From an uncultured Gemmatimonadales bacterium (GTDB taxonomy: Bacteria; Gemmatimonadota; Gemmatimonadetes; Gemmatimonadales; GWC2-71-9): 64,000 nt of DNA. A program made the position numbers and the translations under genes. The notes below the pieces were generated by a model. The model saw only the letters and a program-made list of their open reading frames with translations, ran no database searches and had not been told where the DNA came from. Below, in pieces: positions 28,516 to 37,792 of this stretch. The number at the start of each line of letters is the position of its first letter. Within the stretch, counting starts at the first letter, position 1. The stretch spans positions 128,001 through 192,000 of the forward strand of contig CAVSLV010000003.1 of the NCBI GenBank assembly GCA_963728915.1, written 5' to 3'.

Positions 28516-30434
28516 ACGGCCTGGAAACTGCCGAAGCGGTTGCGGAGCTCCGTCACGAGCTCCGCACCCCCCTGAACCTGATCATCGGCTACTGCGAAAT
28601 GCTGCTGGAAGACGCCACCGAGCCCCCGGTTCGCGAAGGGCTCGAGCAGGCGTTGACCGCCGGGCGGGATCTTCTGGAATGCATCAATGCGGCGGTTCCC
28701 CCCTCCCGCTGCGAAATCAGCGGGGCCGAGATCACCGCCCTGTACGACTCCTTGCGGGAGCCCCAGGGACGCATTCTGGCGGCCACCTCCGCGCTGCTTG
28801 CGGTGGGGGACGCTTCGGACGACCAGCAGTTCGAGCGCGACGTGCGACGGATTCGAAGCTCCGCGGAACGGCTGCTGACCATCGAAGTCTCGGGAACCGC
28901 CGGCATTGCGAAAGCGGTCCTCACCGCGGAGCACCCCACCCGCGAGATGGCCGCCCGCCCCGGCCCCGCGATCACCGCGCACCTCCTGGTGGTGGACGAC
29001 GTCGAGGACAACCGGGCCGTCCTGGAGCGGCGGCTCCGGCGCCAGGGCCATACGGTGGAAGCGGTGAGCGGCGGGCATGCCGCGCTCGATCGCCTCGCGA
29101 AGGAGAAATTCGATCTGGTGCTCCTCGACGTCCTCATGCCCGATCTCGATGGCCTGGCGGTGCTGGAGCGGATGAAGGCCGATCCGGCCCTGCGCGACAT
29201 CCCCGTGATCATGATTTCCGCCCTCGACGACGTCGCGAGCGTGGTGCGTTGCATCGAACGGGGCGCCGAGGACCATCTCACCAAGCCGTTCGACCCGGTG
29301 CTGCTGCACGCCCGCATTGGCGCCTGCCTGGAGAAGAAACGGCTGCGCGACTCCGAGCTCGAATACCTGGAACAGGTGGGCCGGGTCATCCAGGCGGCGA
29401 CCGCGGTCGAGGCCGGCACCTATGAATCGGGCGCGCTGGGAAACATCGCTCAGCGTGGCGACGAGCTGGGCCGGCTGGCCCGGGTGTTCGATGGGATGGC
29501 GGCACAGGTGCGCGCCCGGGAAACCCGGCTCCGCGAGCAGGTCGACGCCCTCCGCCTCGAGATCGAGGAAGCCAAGCACAAGACCCGCGCCACTACCCCG
29601 CGTGAAATGCCCAATCTCCCCTCGGGTGAGCTCTTCGCGGGCCGCTACGAGATCCTGGAGGAGGTCGGCAGTGGCGGGATGGGCGTGGTGTATCGCGCCA
29701 TCGATCGGGACCTGGGAGACCAGGTGGCCGTCAAGACGCTCCGGCCCGAGCTGCTCCGCGATCCCGCCCAGATCGAGCGGTTCAAGGGCGAAATCCGGCT
29801 GACTCGCCATATCACCGACAAGCACGTGGTCCGGACCCACGACTTCGGGGAGCGGGACGGCATCTGCTATCTCACGATGGAATACGTCGAGGGCATCACT
29901 GTCCGGGAGCTGCTCGACACCCGCGGCAAGCTCGGAGTCGCTCCCACCCTCGCGATCGCGACCCAGCTCGCCCAGTCCCTGGTGGCCGCGCATGGACAGG
30001 GCGTGATCCATCGCGACATCAAGCCGCAGAACCTCCTGCTCGACAAGGAGGGTGGTCTCAAGGTGATGGATTTCGGGATCGCCCGGCTGTCCGGCCCCTC
30101 GAACGGGCTCACCGAGGTGGGCATGACGATCGGCACGCCGGACTACATGTCGCCCGAGCAGATGCTCGGCGAGGCGATCACCGACCGAAGCGACCTGTAT
30201 TCCGTGGGAGTGGTGTTGTTCGAATGCATGACCGGGCGATTGCCCTTCGTGGCAAACTCCGCGGTCGCCCTGATCGCGAAATCGCTCCGCGAGCCCCCTC
30301 CCGATCCAGCCTCGCTGAATCCGGAGATCTCTGCGCCGGCGTCCGCGCTGGTCTTGCGACTACTCGCCAAAACACCCGAAGAACGACCCGCCGGCGCTTC
30401 CGAGCTCGAACGTTTGCTGTCCGAGCTGGCCTGA
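28512..30434 (+). CDS. HisKA-REC-HAMP-like-Ser/Thr kinase fusion protein
   Basis: [15 protein letters not shown] with no HATPase; REC (LVVDD, LVLLD, TKP); GDELGRLARVFDGMA; kinase motifs GSGGMG, VAVK, HRDIKPQN, DFG and GTPDYMSPE. Confidence 0.88.
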   Translation: MNGLETAEAVAELRHELRTPLNLIIGYCEMLLEDATEPPVREGLEQALTAGRDLLECINAAVPPSRCEISGAEITALYDSLREPQGRILAATSALLAVGDASDDQQFERDVRRIRSSAERLLTIEVSGTAGIAKAVLTAEHPTREMAARPGPAITAHLLVVDDVEDNRAVLERRLRRQGHTVEAVSGGHAALDRLAKEKFDLVLLDVLMPDLDGLAVLERMKADPALRDIPVIMISALDDVASVVRCIERGAEDHLTKPFDPVLLHARIGACLEKKRLRDSELEYLEQVGRVIQAATAVEAGTYESGALGNIAQRGDELGRLARVFDGMAAQVRARETRLREQVDALRLEIEEAKHKTRATTPREMPNLPSGELFAGRYEILEEVGSGGMGVVYRAIDRDLGDQVAVKTLRPELLRDPAQIERFKGEIRLTRHITDKHVVRTHDFGERDGICYLTMEYVEGITVRELLDTRGKLGVAPTLAIATQLAQSLVAAHGQGVIHRDIKPQNLLLDKEGGLKVMDFGIARLSGPSNGLTEVGMTIGTPDYMSPEQMLGEAITDRSDLYSVGVVLFECMTGRLPFVANSAVALIAKSLREPPPDPASLNPEISAPASALVLRLLAKTPEERPAGASELERLLSELA

Positions 30435-30439
30435 CCGGT

Positions 30440-31708
30440 TCAGGTCCGGGTCCTGAATCTCCCCACCGACTCGGTGAGCCGAAGGGCCGACCCCGCCAGG
30501 TGCTGCGCCGAGGCGGTCACTTCCTCCGTCGAGGCATTGACGGTTTCGGTTCCCGAGGAGATCTCTTTCGCCGCCCGGGTGAATTCCTCGGTGACCGTGG
30601 CCAGGGTCCGGGTCCGCCCGGCGATCCCATCGACCAGGCGCCGCACTTCCTCCGCGGCCTGCGAAATCCGGCGGCTCCACTGGTCCGCGGCCTCCGCCTC
30701 GGACGCCACCGCCTGGAGCCCCTCGATGGCCGACCGCGCCGCATCTCTCGCCATGAGCCCGCCTTCTCCGAGGCGGAGCAAGCGTTCCCGAGCCAGCTGA
30801 ACCCGGGCCGAGATGTTCTGCACCGTCTCGCTGGTCGAGGTGGCTGCGAGCGCCGCCTGGCCCGAGAGCTTGCGCACCTCGTCGGCAACGGTGTCGAACC
30901 CATCGCCCTCGTGACCTCCCCGGGCCGCCTCGATCGACGCATTGAGGGCGAGGATCCGGGTCTGGCGGGCCACCGTGCGGCCCTGGTCCACGAACCGCTC
31001 GAGGGCGTCGGACGCCTCCGCCAGGGTCTCGGCCTCGGCGGTGCCCAGGCGCACCTCCTCGGCGAGCTGGTCCAGGGCCTTTACGCTGGCATTCAGGCGC
31101 TCCCCGTGGCCGCGGGCGAGCTGGAGCAGGGCCGCGTTTCGATCGACCGCCCGCTGGGCGCCCTCGGCGACCGACTGCGCGATCGCGAGAATCCGGGCGG
31201 CGTCGTCGGCGACGGCCCGGACCACGTTGGCCTGGACCAGGGATTTCTCGGTGAGGGCGGCGGTGGTACTCGCGACGTCCTGGGTCGAAGCCACCATCTG
31301 CTCGGTAGCGGAGGAAATCTCCTCGGCGAGCGCGGCGGAATCCGTGGCGGACTGGCGGATCGCATTGACCAGCCCATTGAGCTCCCGCACCATCCGGTGC
31401 ACCCCCTCGGTCACCGGCCCCCCGCCCACCCGATCGATCTGACCGGGCTCGACGGTCAGGTCGAAGTCCGCGATCCGGAGCGTGATAATTCCCACGGCGC
31501 GGAGCGGCTCGATGACCCGGCGGTCGAGCCAGGAGAGGGCGACCCAGAGACTCAGCAGGCAAAGGAGGGCAAAGACGCCGACCATCGCGAAGGCCGGCCA
31601 GGGCATATCGCCGGACACGAACACCCAGACGACGGCCGTCAGTCCAAGGGACATTACCGCCCCGCCCAGTTGGACCGCGCGTCGAAGTTGTTTTCCAGTC
31701 TCGGCCAT
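30440..31708 (-). CDS. Methyl-accepting chemotaxis-like protein
   Basis: Two N-terminal TM helices, a HAMP-like linker and the hairpin-tip motif QTRILALNASIEAARGG..G.GF..VADEVRKLS. Confidence 0.88.
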   Translation of the reverse strand: MAETGKQLRRAVQLGGAVMSLGLTAVVWVFVSGDMPWPAFAMVGVFALLCLLSLWVALSWLDRRVIEPLRAVGIITLRIADFDLTVEPGQIDRVGGGPVTEGVHRMVRELNGLVNAIRQSATDSAALAEEISSATEQMVASTQDVASTTAALTEKSLVQANVVRAVADDAARILAIAQSVAEGAQRAVDRNAALLQLARGHGERLNASVKALDQLAEEVRLGTAEAETLAEASDALERFVDQGRTVARQTRILALNASIEAARGGHEGDGFDTVADEVRKLSGQAALAATSTSETVQNISARVQLARERLLRLGEGGLMARDAARSAIEGLQAVASEAEAADQWSRRISQAAEEVRRLVDGIAGRTRTLATVTEEFTRAAKEISSGTETVNASTEEVTASAQHLAGSALRLTESVGRFRTRT

Positions 31709-31717
31709 GGTGGCTGG

Positions 31718-31727
31718 ATATTAAGTT
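31718..31727. promoter_or_regulatory. Overlapping divergent -10 boxes (MCP and leuS)
   Basis: TAAGTT (+, 31722-31727) lies 6 nt before the leuS ATG; TAATAT (-, 31718-31723) lies 9 nt before the MCP ATG; the gap is 25 bp. Confidence 0.55.
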
Positions 31728-31733
31728 ACCCCG

Positions 31734-34190
31734 ATGAATGAACACCATCCCGAACCCGGGTATCGTCCGGAGCTGGTCGAGGCGAAGTGGCAGGCGCGCT
31801 GGGCCGAGCGACACACCAACGAGCCCGATCTGGACCAGGCCGAGCGGCCGTTCTACAACCTGATGATGTTCCCCTACCCCTCCGCCGAGGGGCTCCACGT
31901 GGGGAACTTCTTCGCCTTCACCGGAGCGGACGTGTACGGCCGGTATCAGCGGCTCCGGGGGCACCAGGTCTTCGAGCCGATCGGCTTCGACGCGTTCGGG
32001 ATTCACAGCGAGAACTTCGCCATCAAGACCGGGACCCATCCCGCGAAGCTGATTCCCAGGAACATCGCCAACTTCCGTCGCCAGCTGATCCAGCTGGGGG
32101 GAATGTTCGACTGGCGACACGCCCTCTCGACCACCGACCCGTCGTACTACAAGTGGACCCAGTGGCTCTTCCTCCAGCTCTACCACGCCGGGAAGGCCTA
32201 TCGCAAGAAGGCCGCGGTCAACTGGTGTCCCAATGACAAGACCGTGCTCGCCAACGAGCAGGTCATCAATGGCGCCTGTGAGCGCTGCGGAGCCCAGGTC
32301 GAGCAGCGGTTCCTCGAGCAGTGGTTCTTCCGGATCACCGAGTACACCGAGCGCCTGCTGAACGACCTGGACGACCCGGCCAAGATGGACTGGTCGGAGA
32401 GCACCACGACGATGCAGCGCAACTGGATCGGCCGGAGCGAGGGCGCCGAGATCGAGTTTGCGAGCGAGGCCGGCCCGATCCGGGTCTACACCACCCGGCC
32501 TGACACCCTGTTCGGGGCAACCTTCCTGGTGCTCGCGCCGGAGCACCCCCTGGTGGAGCGGCTGACCTCGAGTGAGGCCAGGTCACCGGTCGAGGACTAC
32601 CGCCGGGCTGCCGCCGCGAAGGACGTCGTGGCGCGCAAGGTGGGCGACAAGGAAAAATCCGGCGTGTTCACCGGAGCCACCGCGGTGAATCCGGCGACCG
32701 GGAAGCCGGTCCCGGTCTGGGTCGCCGATTACGTGCTCATGGAATACGGCACCGGCGCGATCATGGGGGTGCCGGCGCATGACGAGCGCGATTTCGCCTT
32801 CGCGCTCATGCACCGGCTTCCCATCGTGCGGGTCCTGGCCGGCCCGGAGGAAGACGGGGCTACGCCGGTGCACCACGCGGTGGTCGAGACCGATGGCTTC
32901 CGCCTGGTGAATTCGGGAGGATTTTCCGAGGCGCCGGCGCCCGAAGGATTCCGCCGCATCGTCGAATGGCTCGAGGCAGAGGGAAAAGGGAAAGGCACGG
33001 TCCAGTACCGGCTCTACGACTGGTGCATCTCGAGGCAGCGGTACTGGGGACCGCCCATCCCGATCATCAACTGCCACACCTGCGGGGCGGTCCCGGTTCC
33101 CGAGAAGGACCTGCCCGTCCTGCTTCCCGAGATCCCCGATTTCCAGCCCGACGACACCGGGATCTCCCCGCTCGCCAGGCACAAGGAGTGGTACGAAGTC
33201 CCCTGTCCCAGGTGCGGCGGGAAGGCGCACCGGGAGACCGACGTTTCCGACACCTTCCTCGATTCGGCCTGGTATTACCTGCGCTACCTCGCCACCGAGG
33301 TCCTGGACCAGCCGTTCCACCCCGCCCGGACCCGGAAGTGGCTGCCGGTCACGATGTATATCGGCGGGAACGAGCACGCGGTGCTTCACCTGCTCTACAG
33401 CCGATTCATCGCGATGGTGCTCCACGATCGCGGGCTGCTGCATTTCGACGAGCCGTTCCGCCGCTTCCGCGCCCATGGCACCATCGTGAAGGACGGGTCG
33501 AAAATGTCGAAGTCCCGCGGCAACGTGGTGATCCCCGATCAGTACCTCGCCAAATGGGGCGCCGATACGTTCCGCACCTATCTCATGTTTCTGGGTCCGT
33601 ACCAGGAAGGCGGAGATTTCCGCGACGAAGGGCTCGCCGGTCCCCGCCGCTTCCTCGACAAGGTATGGGAGCTGGTGGACCAGACCCAGCGCCGGACCCT
33701 GGTCGGGGTCGAAGTGCAGAGCAGCATCGTCATCAAGTGGCATCAGACCATCAAGCGGGTATCCCATGGGCTCGAGTCGCTGTCGTTCAATACCGCGATC
33801 GCCGCGCTCATGGAGATGCTCAACGCGATGCGGGCGGTGAACTGCACCGAGCGGCGCATGGTGAAGGAGATGGTGGTCATGCTCGCCCCCTTCGCTCCCC
33901 ACTTCGCCGAGGAGTGCTGGGAACGGCTGGGCGGCACGACCTCGGTGTTCGAGGCATCCTGGCCGGCCTGGGAGGAATCCCTCACGATCGACCAGGAGGT
34001 CGAGATCCCGGTCCAGGTGAACGGGAAGACCCGCGCGAAGATCCGGGTGCCCCGGGGCGCGGAAGAGCTCGCGGTGGTCAAGGTGGCGATGAACGACCCC
34101 CAGGTGCGGAAGTTCTTCGCCGGCGACACGCCGTCCCGGGTGGTCTACGTGAAGGATCGACTGCTGAACCTGGTAGGGACGAGGGACTAG
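31734..34190 (+). CDS. leuS: Leucine--tRNA ligase
   Basis: MFPYPSAEGLHVGN (HIGH-like), YTTRPDTLFG editing domain, GTGAIMGVPAHDERD, DWCISRQRYWG and KMSKS. Confidence 0.97.
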   Translation: MNEHHPEPGYRPELVEAKWQARWAERHTNEPDLDQAERPFYNLMMFPYPSAEGLHVGNFFAFTGADVYGRYQRLRGHQVFEPIGFDAFGIHSENFAIKTGTHPAKLIPRNIANFRRQLIQLGGMFDWRHALSTTDPSYYKWTQWLFLQLYHAGKAYRKKAAVNWCPNDKTVLANEQVINGACERCGAQVEQRFLEQWFFRITEYTERLLNDLDDPAKMDWSESTTTMQRNWIGRSEGAEIEFASEAGPIRVYTTRPDTLFGATFLVLAPEHPLVERLTSSEARSPVEDYRRAAAAKDVVARKVGDKEKSGVFTGATAVNPATGKPVPVWVADYVLMEYGTGAIMGVPAHDERDFAFALMHRLPIVRVLAGPEEDGATPVHHAVVETDGFRLVNSGGFSEAPAPEGFRRIVEWLEAEGKGKGTVQYRLYDWCISRQRYWGPPIPIINCHTCGAVPVPEKDLPVLLPEIPDFQPDDTGISPLARHKEWYEVPCPRCGGKAHRETDVSDTFLDSAWYYLRYLATEVLDQPFHPARTRKWLPVTMYIGGNEHAVLHLLYSRFIAMVLHDRGLLHFDEPFRRFRAHGTIVKDGSKMSKSRGNVVIPDQYLAKWGADTFRTYLMFLGPYQEGGDFRDEGLAGPRRFLDKVWELVDQTQRRTLVGVEVQSSIVIKWHQTIKRVSHGLESLSFNTAIAALMEMLNAMRAVNCTERRMVKEMVVMLAPFAPHFAEECWERLGGTTSVFEASWPAWEESLTIDQEVEIPVQVNGKTRAKIRVPRGAEELAVVKVAMNDPQVRKFFAGDTPSRVVYVKDRLLNLVGTRD

Positions 34191-34192
34191 GC

Positions 34193-34212
34193 TAGGGGCT
34201 AGCCAGCCCCTA
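34193..34212. terminator. Hairpin between convergent leuS and multicopper-oxidase genes
   Basis: taggggct-agcc-agccccta inverted repeat within CCCCTA-type heptamers; no U-tract. Confidence 0.45.
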
Positions 34213-34223
34213 ACCCCTACCCG

Positions 34224-35093
34224 CTATTCCACTCTATACAACGCCGGCAGGTTGCCGAACGAGAGACCGTTCATCGTCTCCCGGAGGTTGGCCACGTAGT
34301 AGAGGTCGCCGAAGTCCCCCACGCGGGGGCGACGCTTCTTGTCGAGCGCATAGGCGTTGACGTTGTCCTCGAAGTACCAGCTCAGGTTCTCGTCGAACTC
34401 CGCGAAGGCCACCACGAACTCGCGATCCACGTCCTCGGGGGATCCATCCGGCTTCGCCATGCCCCGGGCCGTGACCAGGATGGGACCCACTAACCCCGAA
34501 TTCAGATCCGAATTCTCGTCGTGATGCGAGTGGTACATCCACTGCACTGAGCTCATGTCCCCGGGAGCCGGGCCGGCGCGCTCCGGCACCGGCCAGACGT
34601 ACACCTGGGTACCGCCTGGCGGCACGCCGTCGTCCGCTTGATCCGCCCCGCTGGTGCCGTCCGCGTAGGGCGCTCCCTCCGAATCCTTGGTGTAGAAGAC
34701 GCCGTGCGGATGCATCGTATAGGGATGCGTCCCGTTGTTGCGGAACACCACCCGGATCGTGTCCCCCACCACCGCGCGGAGCAGCGGTCCCAGGATACCG
34801 AGGTGCTTCCATTCCGGGGGCCGGGGTTTGAGCGTGGTGAAGGTGCTATCGGTGTATTCCCGGTAGATCGCCTTCTTGTAGCGGCGCCCGATCCGGTCCG
34901 CCGCGGGGATCATGACTTCCCGATCGAAGCCCTCCCAGCCGTGGCCGGTGATCAGGTTGGAGTCGCTGGGGGCGTAGTCCCAGACCACTTCGTCCGCGGC
35001 GACATAGTAGGTCCGGGTAATCCCGCCGTTGCTGCCTGTGGCGCCGCAGCCCGAGACCGCCGTGACAATGAGCAAAAGGATTCCGCGTCGCAT
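34224..35093 (-). CDS. Ceruloplasmin/hephaestin-like multicopper oxidase lipoprotein, apparently C-terminally truncated
   Basis: Lipobox VSGC; YYVAADEVVWDYAP, YKKAIYREYTD, LGILGPLLRA, HPHG, WMYHSH and SGLVGP. Ends just after NGLSFGNLP without the second-domain Cu ligands. Confidence 0.75.
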   Translation of the reverse strand: MRRGILLLIVTAVSGCGATGSNGGITRTYYVAADEVVWDYAPSDSNLITGHGWEGFDREVMIPAADRIGRRYKKAIYREYTDSTFTTLKPRPPEWKHLGILGPLLRAVVGDTIRVVFRNNGTHPYTMHPHGVFYTKDSEGAPYADGTSGADQADDGVPPGGTQVYVWPVPERAGPAPGDMSSVQWMYHSHHDENSDLNSGLVGPILVTARGMAKPDGSPEDVDREFVVAFAEFDENLSWYFEDNVNAYALDKKRRPRVGDFGDLYYVANLRETMNGLSFGNLPALYRVE

Positions 35094-35162
35094 GGCTGGT
35101 CTCCATCTGGGAGGGACAGGGCCAATGTATCCTTCACCGACCCAATCGGTAGGGCGACGGCG

Positions 35163-36272
35163 ATGCCTCGATTCCTCATTCTGCTCTTCTTGCCCGTGGT
35201 GCTCCACGCCCAGGAGCGGGTCCGCGCTCGTGCCATGGGCATCACCCCGGGTGCCTTCCCGCCCGGCCCGCACAATGCCATCACCGACGTTCCCGGTGTC
35301 CGGGTGGGGCAGGTCACCCTGGTGCTGGGCGATTCGATCCGGACCGGAGTGACCGCGATCCTTCCCCACGACGGGAACCTGTTCCTCGACCGGGTCCCCG
35401 CCGCGGTCCACGTCGGGAACGGTTTCGGCAAACTACTGGGCTCGACCCAGGTGAACGAGCTGGGCGAGCTCGAGTCGCCCATCCTGCTCACCTGCACCCT
35501 CTGCGTCTGGCGCGCCGCCGACGCCCTGGTGGGCTGGATGCTGGAGCAACCCGGCATGGAGGAGGTGCGGTCCATTAACCCGCTGGTCGCGGAGACCAAC
35601 GACGGGACCCTGAACGCGATCCGATCGCGGCCGATCGGCCCCGACCAGGTCCGCGCCGCCCTCGCCGCCGCCGATACCGGGGAGGTCGCCGAAGGAGCGG
35701 TGGGTGCGGGCGCCGGCACGATCGCGTACGGCTGGAAGGGCGGGATCGGCACCTCCTCGCGACAGGCCGGCGCCAGCGGCTTCACCGTGGGCGTCCTGGT
35801 GCAGGCCAATCACGGCGGCGACCTCACCATCCTCGGCGTCCCGGTGGGACGGGAGCTGGGCCGGAACGGCATAACCCGCGGCGTGTCCCGCTCCGGCGAT
35901 GGCTCCATCATCATGGTCGTCGCCACCGATGCCCCGCTCTCCGACCGGAACCTCCACCGCCTCGCCGCCCGGGCCATGATGGGGCTCGGACGGACCGGCT
36001 CCGCCGCCCAGAACGGCTCCGGCGACTACGTGATCGCCTTCTCCACCAGCCCCATGGTCCGCCGCCCCAGGAATGCCCAGCGACTCACCACCACCGAGCT
36101 CGGCAACGAGGAGATGAATCCGCTCTTCCAGGCGACCGTCGAAGCGACCGAGGAGGCGGTCTATGACGCCCTGTTCATGGCGACCACCGTGACCAGCCGG
36201 GGCACCCGGGTGGAAGCCCTGCCCCTCGACGAAGTCCGCCGCATTCTGGCCCGGCGCGGAGCGATTCGCTAG
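35163..36272 (+). CDS. dmpA: DmpA / peptidase family P1 (S58) aminopeptidase with signal peptide
   Basis: GPHNAITDVPGVRVG, TGVTAILP, NGFGK, EGAVGAG, KGGIGTSSR, GSIIMVVATDAPL and NGSGD. Confidence 0.88.
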   Translation: MPRFLILLFLPVVLHAQERVRARAMGITPGAFPPGPHNAITDVPGVRVGQVTLVLGDSIRTGVTAILPHDGNLFLDRVPAAVHVGNGFGKLLGSTQVNELGELESPILLTCTLCVWRAADALVGWMLEQPGMEEVRSINPLVAETNDGTLNAIRSRPIGPDQVRAALAAADTGEVAEGAVGAGAGTIAYGWKGGIGTSSRQAGASGFTVGVLVQANHGGDLTILGVPVGRELGRNGITRGVSRSGDGSIIMVVATDAPLSDRNLHRLAARAMMGLGRTGSAAQNGSGDYVIAFSTSPMVRRPRNAQRLTTTELGNEEMNPLFQATVEATEEAVYDALFMATTVTSRGTRVEALPLDEVRRILARRGAIR

Positions 36273-36280
36273 AGTTAACC

Positions 36281-37792
36281 ATGCGGAATCGTTGGCCGGT
36301 CGTGCTGGTTCTTGCGCTTGCTTGCCATGGCGAGCTGATCGATAATGGTCTCCCTCCCGGCAACGAGCCGCCCACCACATTCACCCCTGCACTCGCCATT
36401 CGGTTCGGCGGCACCGGCAATGACGTAGTCCGGGCGATGCGCACCGATGCCGCCGGCAACGTTTTCGTCGCGGGGACCTTCACCGGCGTAACGACCCTGG
36501 GCGCCGCCGGCGCGGGTCCTCTCACCAGCCTCGGCGGCGCCGACGGCTTCCTCGCGAAATACGATCCCTCAGGCGCCCTGCTCTGGGCCCGTCGCTTCGG
36601 CGGGACGCTCGATGAGCGGGTCACCGACCTCGCCCTCGATGCCGGTGGGAATGTCTATGTCGGTGGTGGGTTCGAAGGCGCCGCCAGCTTCGATCTGTCC
36701 GGAATGGCAAACGTGGTCAACAGTCTGGGCGGCGAAGACGGGTTCATCGCGCGATTCGGCGCCGACGGAACCCTGGCCTGGACCCGGCGGTTCGGCGGAT
36801 TCGGCCTCGACGAAGTCAGCGCCCTGACCACCGACCTTGCCGGAAACGTCTATGCCGCGGGCTCCTTCACCGGACAGGCCAATGCCGCGCCGGACGGAGG
36901 TCCCACCCTCCAGAGCAACGGAGGGCTCGATGGCTTCGTCCTCGCGCTGAGCGCCGCTGGTGACGTGCGCTGGGCGATTCCCCTGGGCGGCCCCCAGGAT
37001 GATGCCGCGCTCGGCATCGCGGCGGCCACGACGGGAGAGATCGCGGTTGGGGGGACTTTCCGCGCCACCGCGGACGTCGCTCGAGGTGGCGGAGTCCCAA
37101 CGGTGTTGAGCTCGCTGGGCGGCGCCGACGTGTTCTTCGCGGTCTACTCTTCGACCGGCGCCCTCCTCGTCGCACACGGATTCGGCGGGACAGTGGATGA
37201 AAGTGTGCCACCGGCCGGCTTGGCCCTTGACGGCTCAGGCGCCGCGGTTCTGATTGGGGGATTCGGAAGCTCGGTGGATTTCGATCCCGGGCCGGGTGTG
37301 GCCGCCCACGCGAGCCTCGGCACCGTGGACATGTTCGCCAGCCGGTTCGACCTGAGCGGCACGTTCCTCGGAGTCGCCACGGTCGGAGGCATCAACGCCA
37401 ACGTCAGCGCGGCACGGGGTGTCCCTGCGTCCGATGGCGGAATGCTGATCACCGGCTCGTTCTCTGGCACGGTGGACTTCGATCCCGGGACCGGAGTTCA
37501 CGCCCTCGCGAGTCTCGGTTCTCAGGGCGTGACCGACGCGTTCGTCGCGCGCTACAGCGCGAGCGGAGCCCTGAGCTGGGTCAGTCGCTTCGGCGAGGCG
37601 ACCTCCATCGCCGGACAGGGCTCCTACGGCGCCGGGCTCGGGTTCGACCCGTCGGGCAATCCGGTGGTGGCGGGCTACTTCGCCGGCACCGCCGATTTCG
37701 ATCCAGGCACCTCGGCGTTTCGCCTCACCAGCCTGGGGGAATCGGACGGCTTCCTCGTCAAGCTCACTCCCAGCGGAGCGCTGTCACCATGA
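36281..37792 (+). CDS. Lipoprotein with SBBP-like beta-propeller repeats
   Basis: Lipobox ALAC; repeated D..GNV.V.G.F.G..DFDPG / SLGG.DGF.A.Y...G.L.W units. Confidence 0.8.
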   Translation: MRNRWPVVLVLALACHGELIDNGLPPGNEPPTTFTPALAIRFGGTGNDVVRAMRTDAAGNVFVAGTFTGVTTLGAAGAGPLTSLGGADGFLAKYDPSGALLWARRFGGTLDERVTDLALDAGGNVYVGGGFEGAASFDLSGMANVVNSLGGEDGFIARFGADGTLAWTRRFGGFGLDEVSALTTDLAGNVYAAGSFTGQANAAPDGGPTLQSNGGLDGFVLALSAAGDVRWAIPLGGPQDDAALGIAAATTGEIAVGGTFRATADVARGGGVPTVLSSLGGADVFFAVYSSTGALLVAHGFGGTVDESVPPAGLALDGSGAAVLIGGFGSSVDFDPGPGVAAHASLGTVDMFASRFDLSGTFLGVATVGGINANVSAARGVPASDGGMLITGSFSGTVDFDPGTGVHALASLGSQGVTDAFVARYSASGALSWVSRFGEATSIAGQGSYGAGLGFDPSGNPVVAGYFAGTADFDPGTSAFRLTSLGESDGFLVKLTPSGALSP

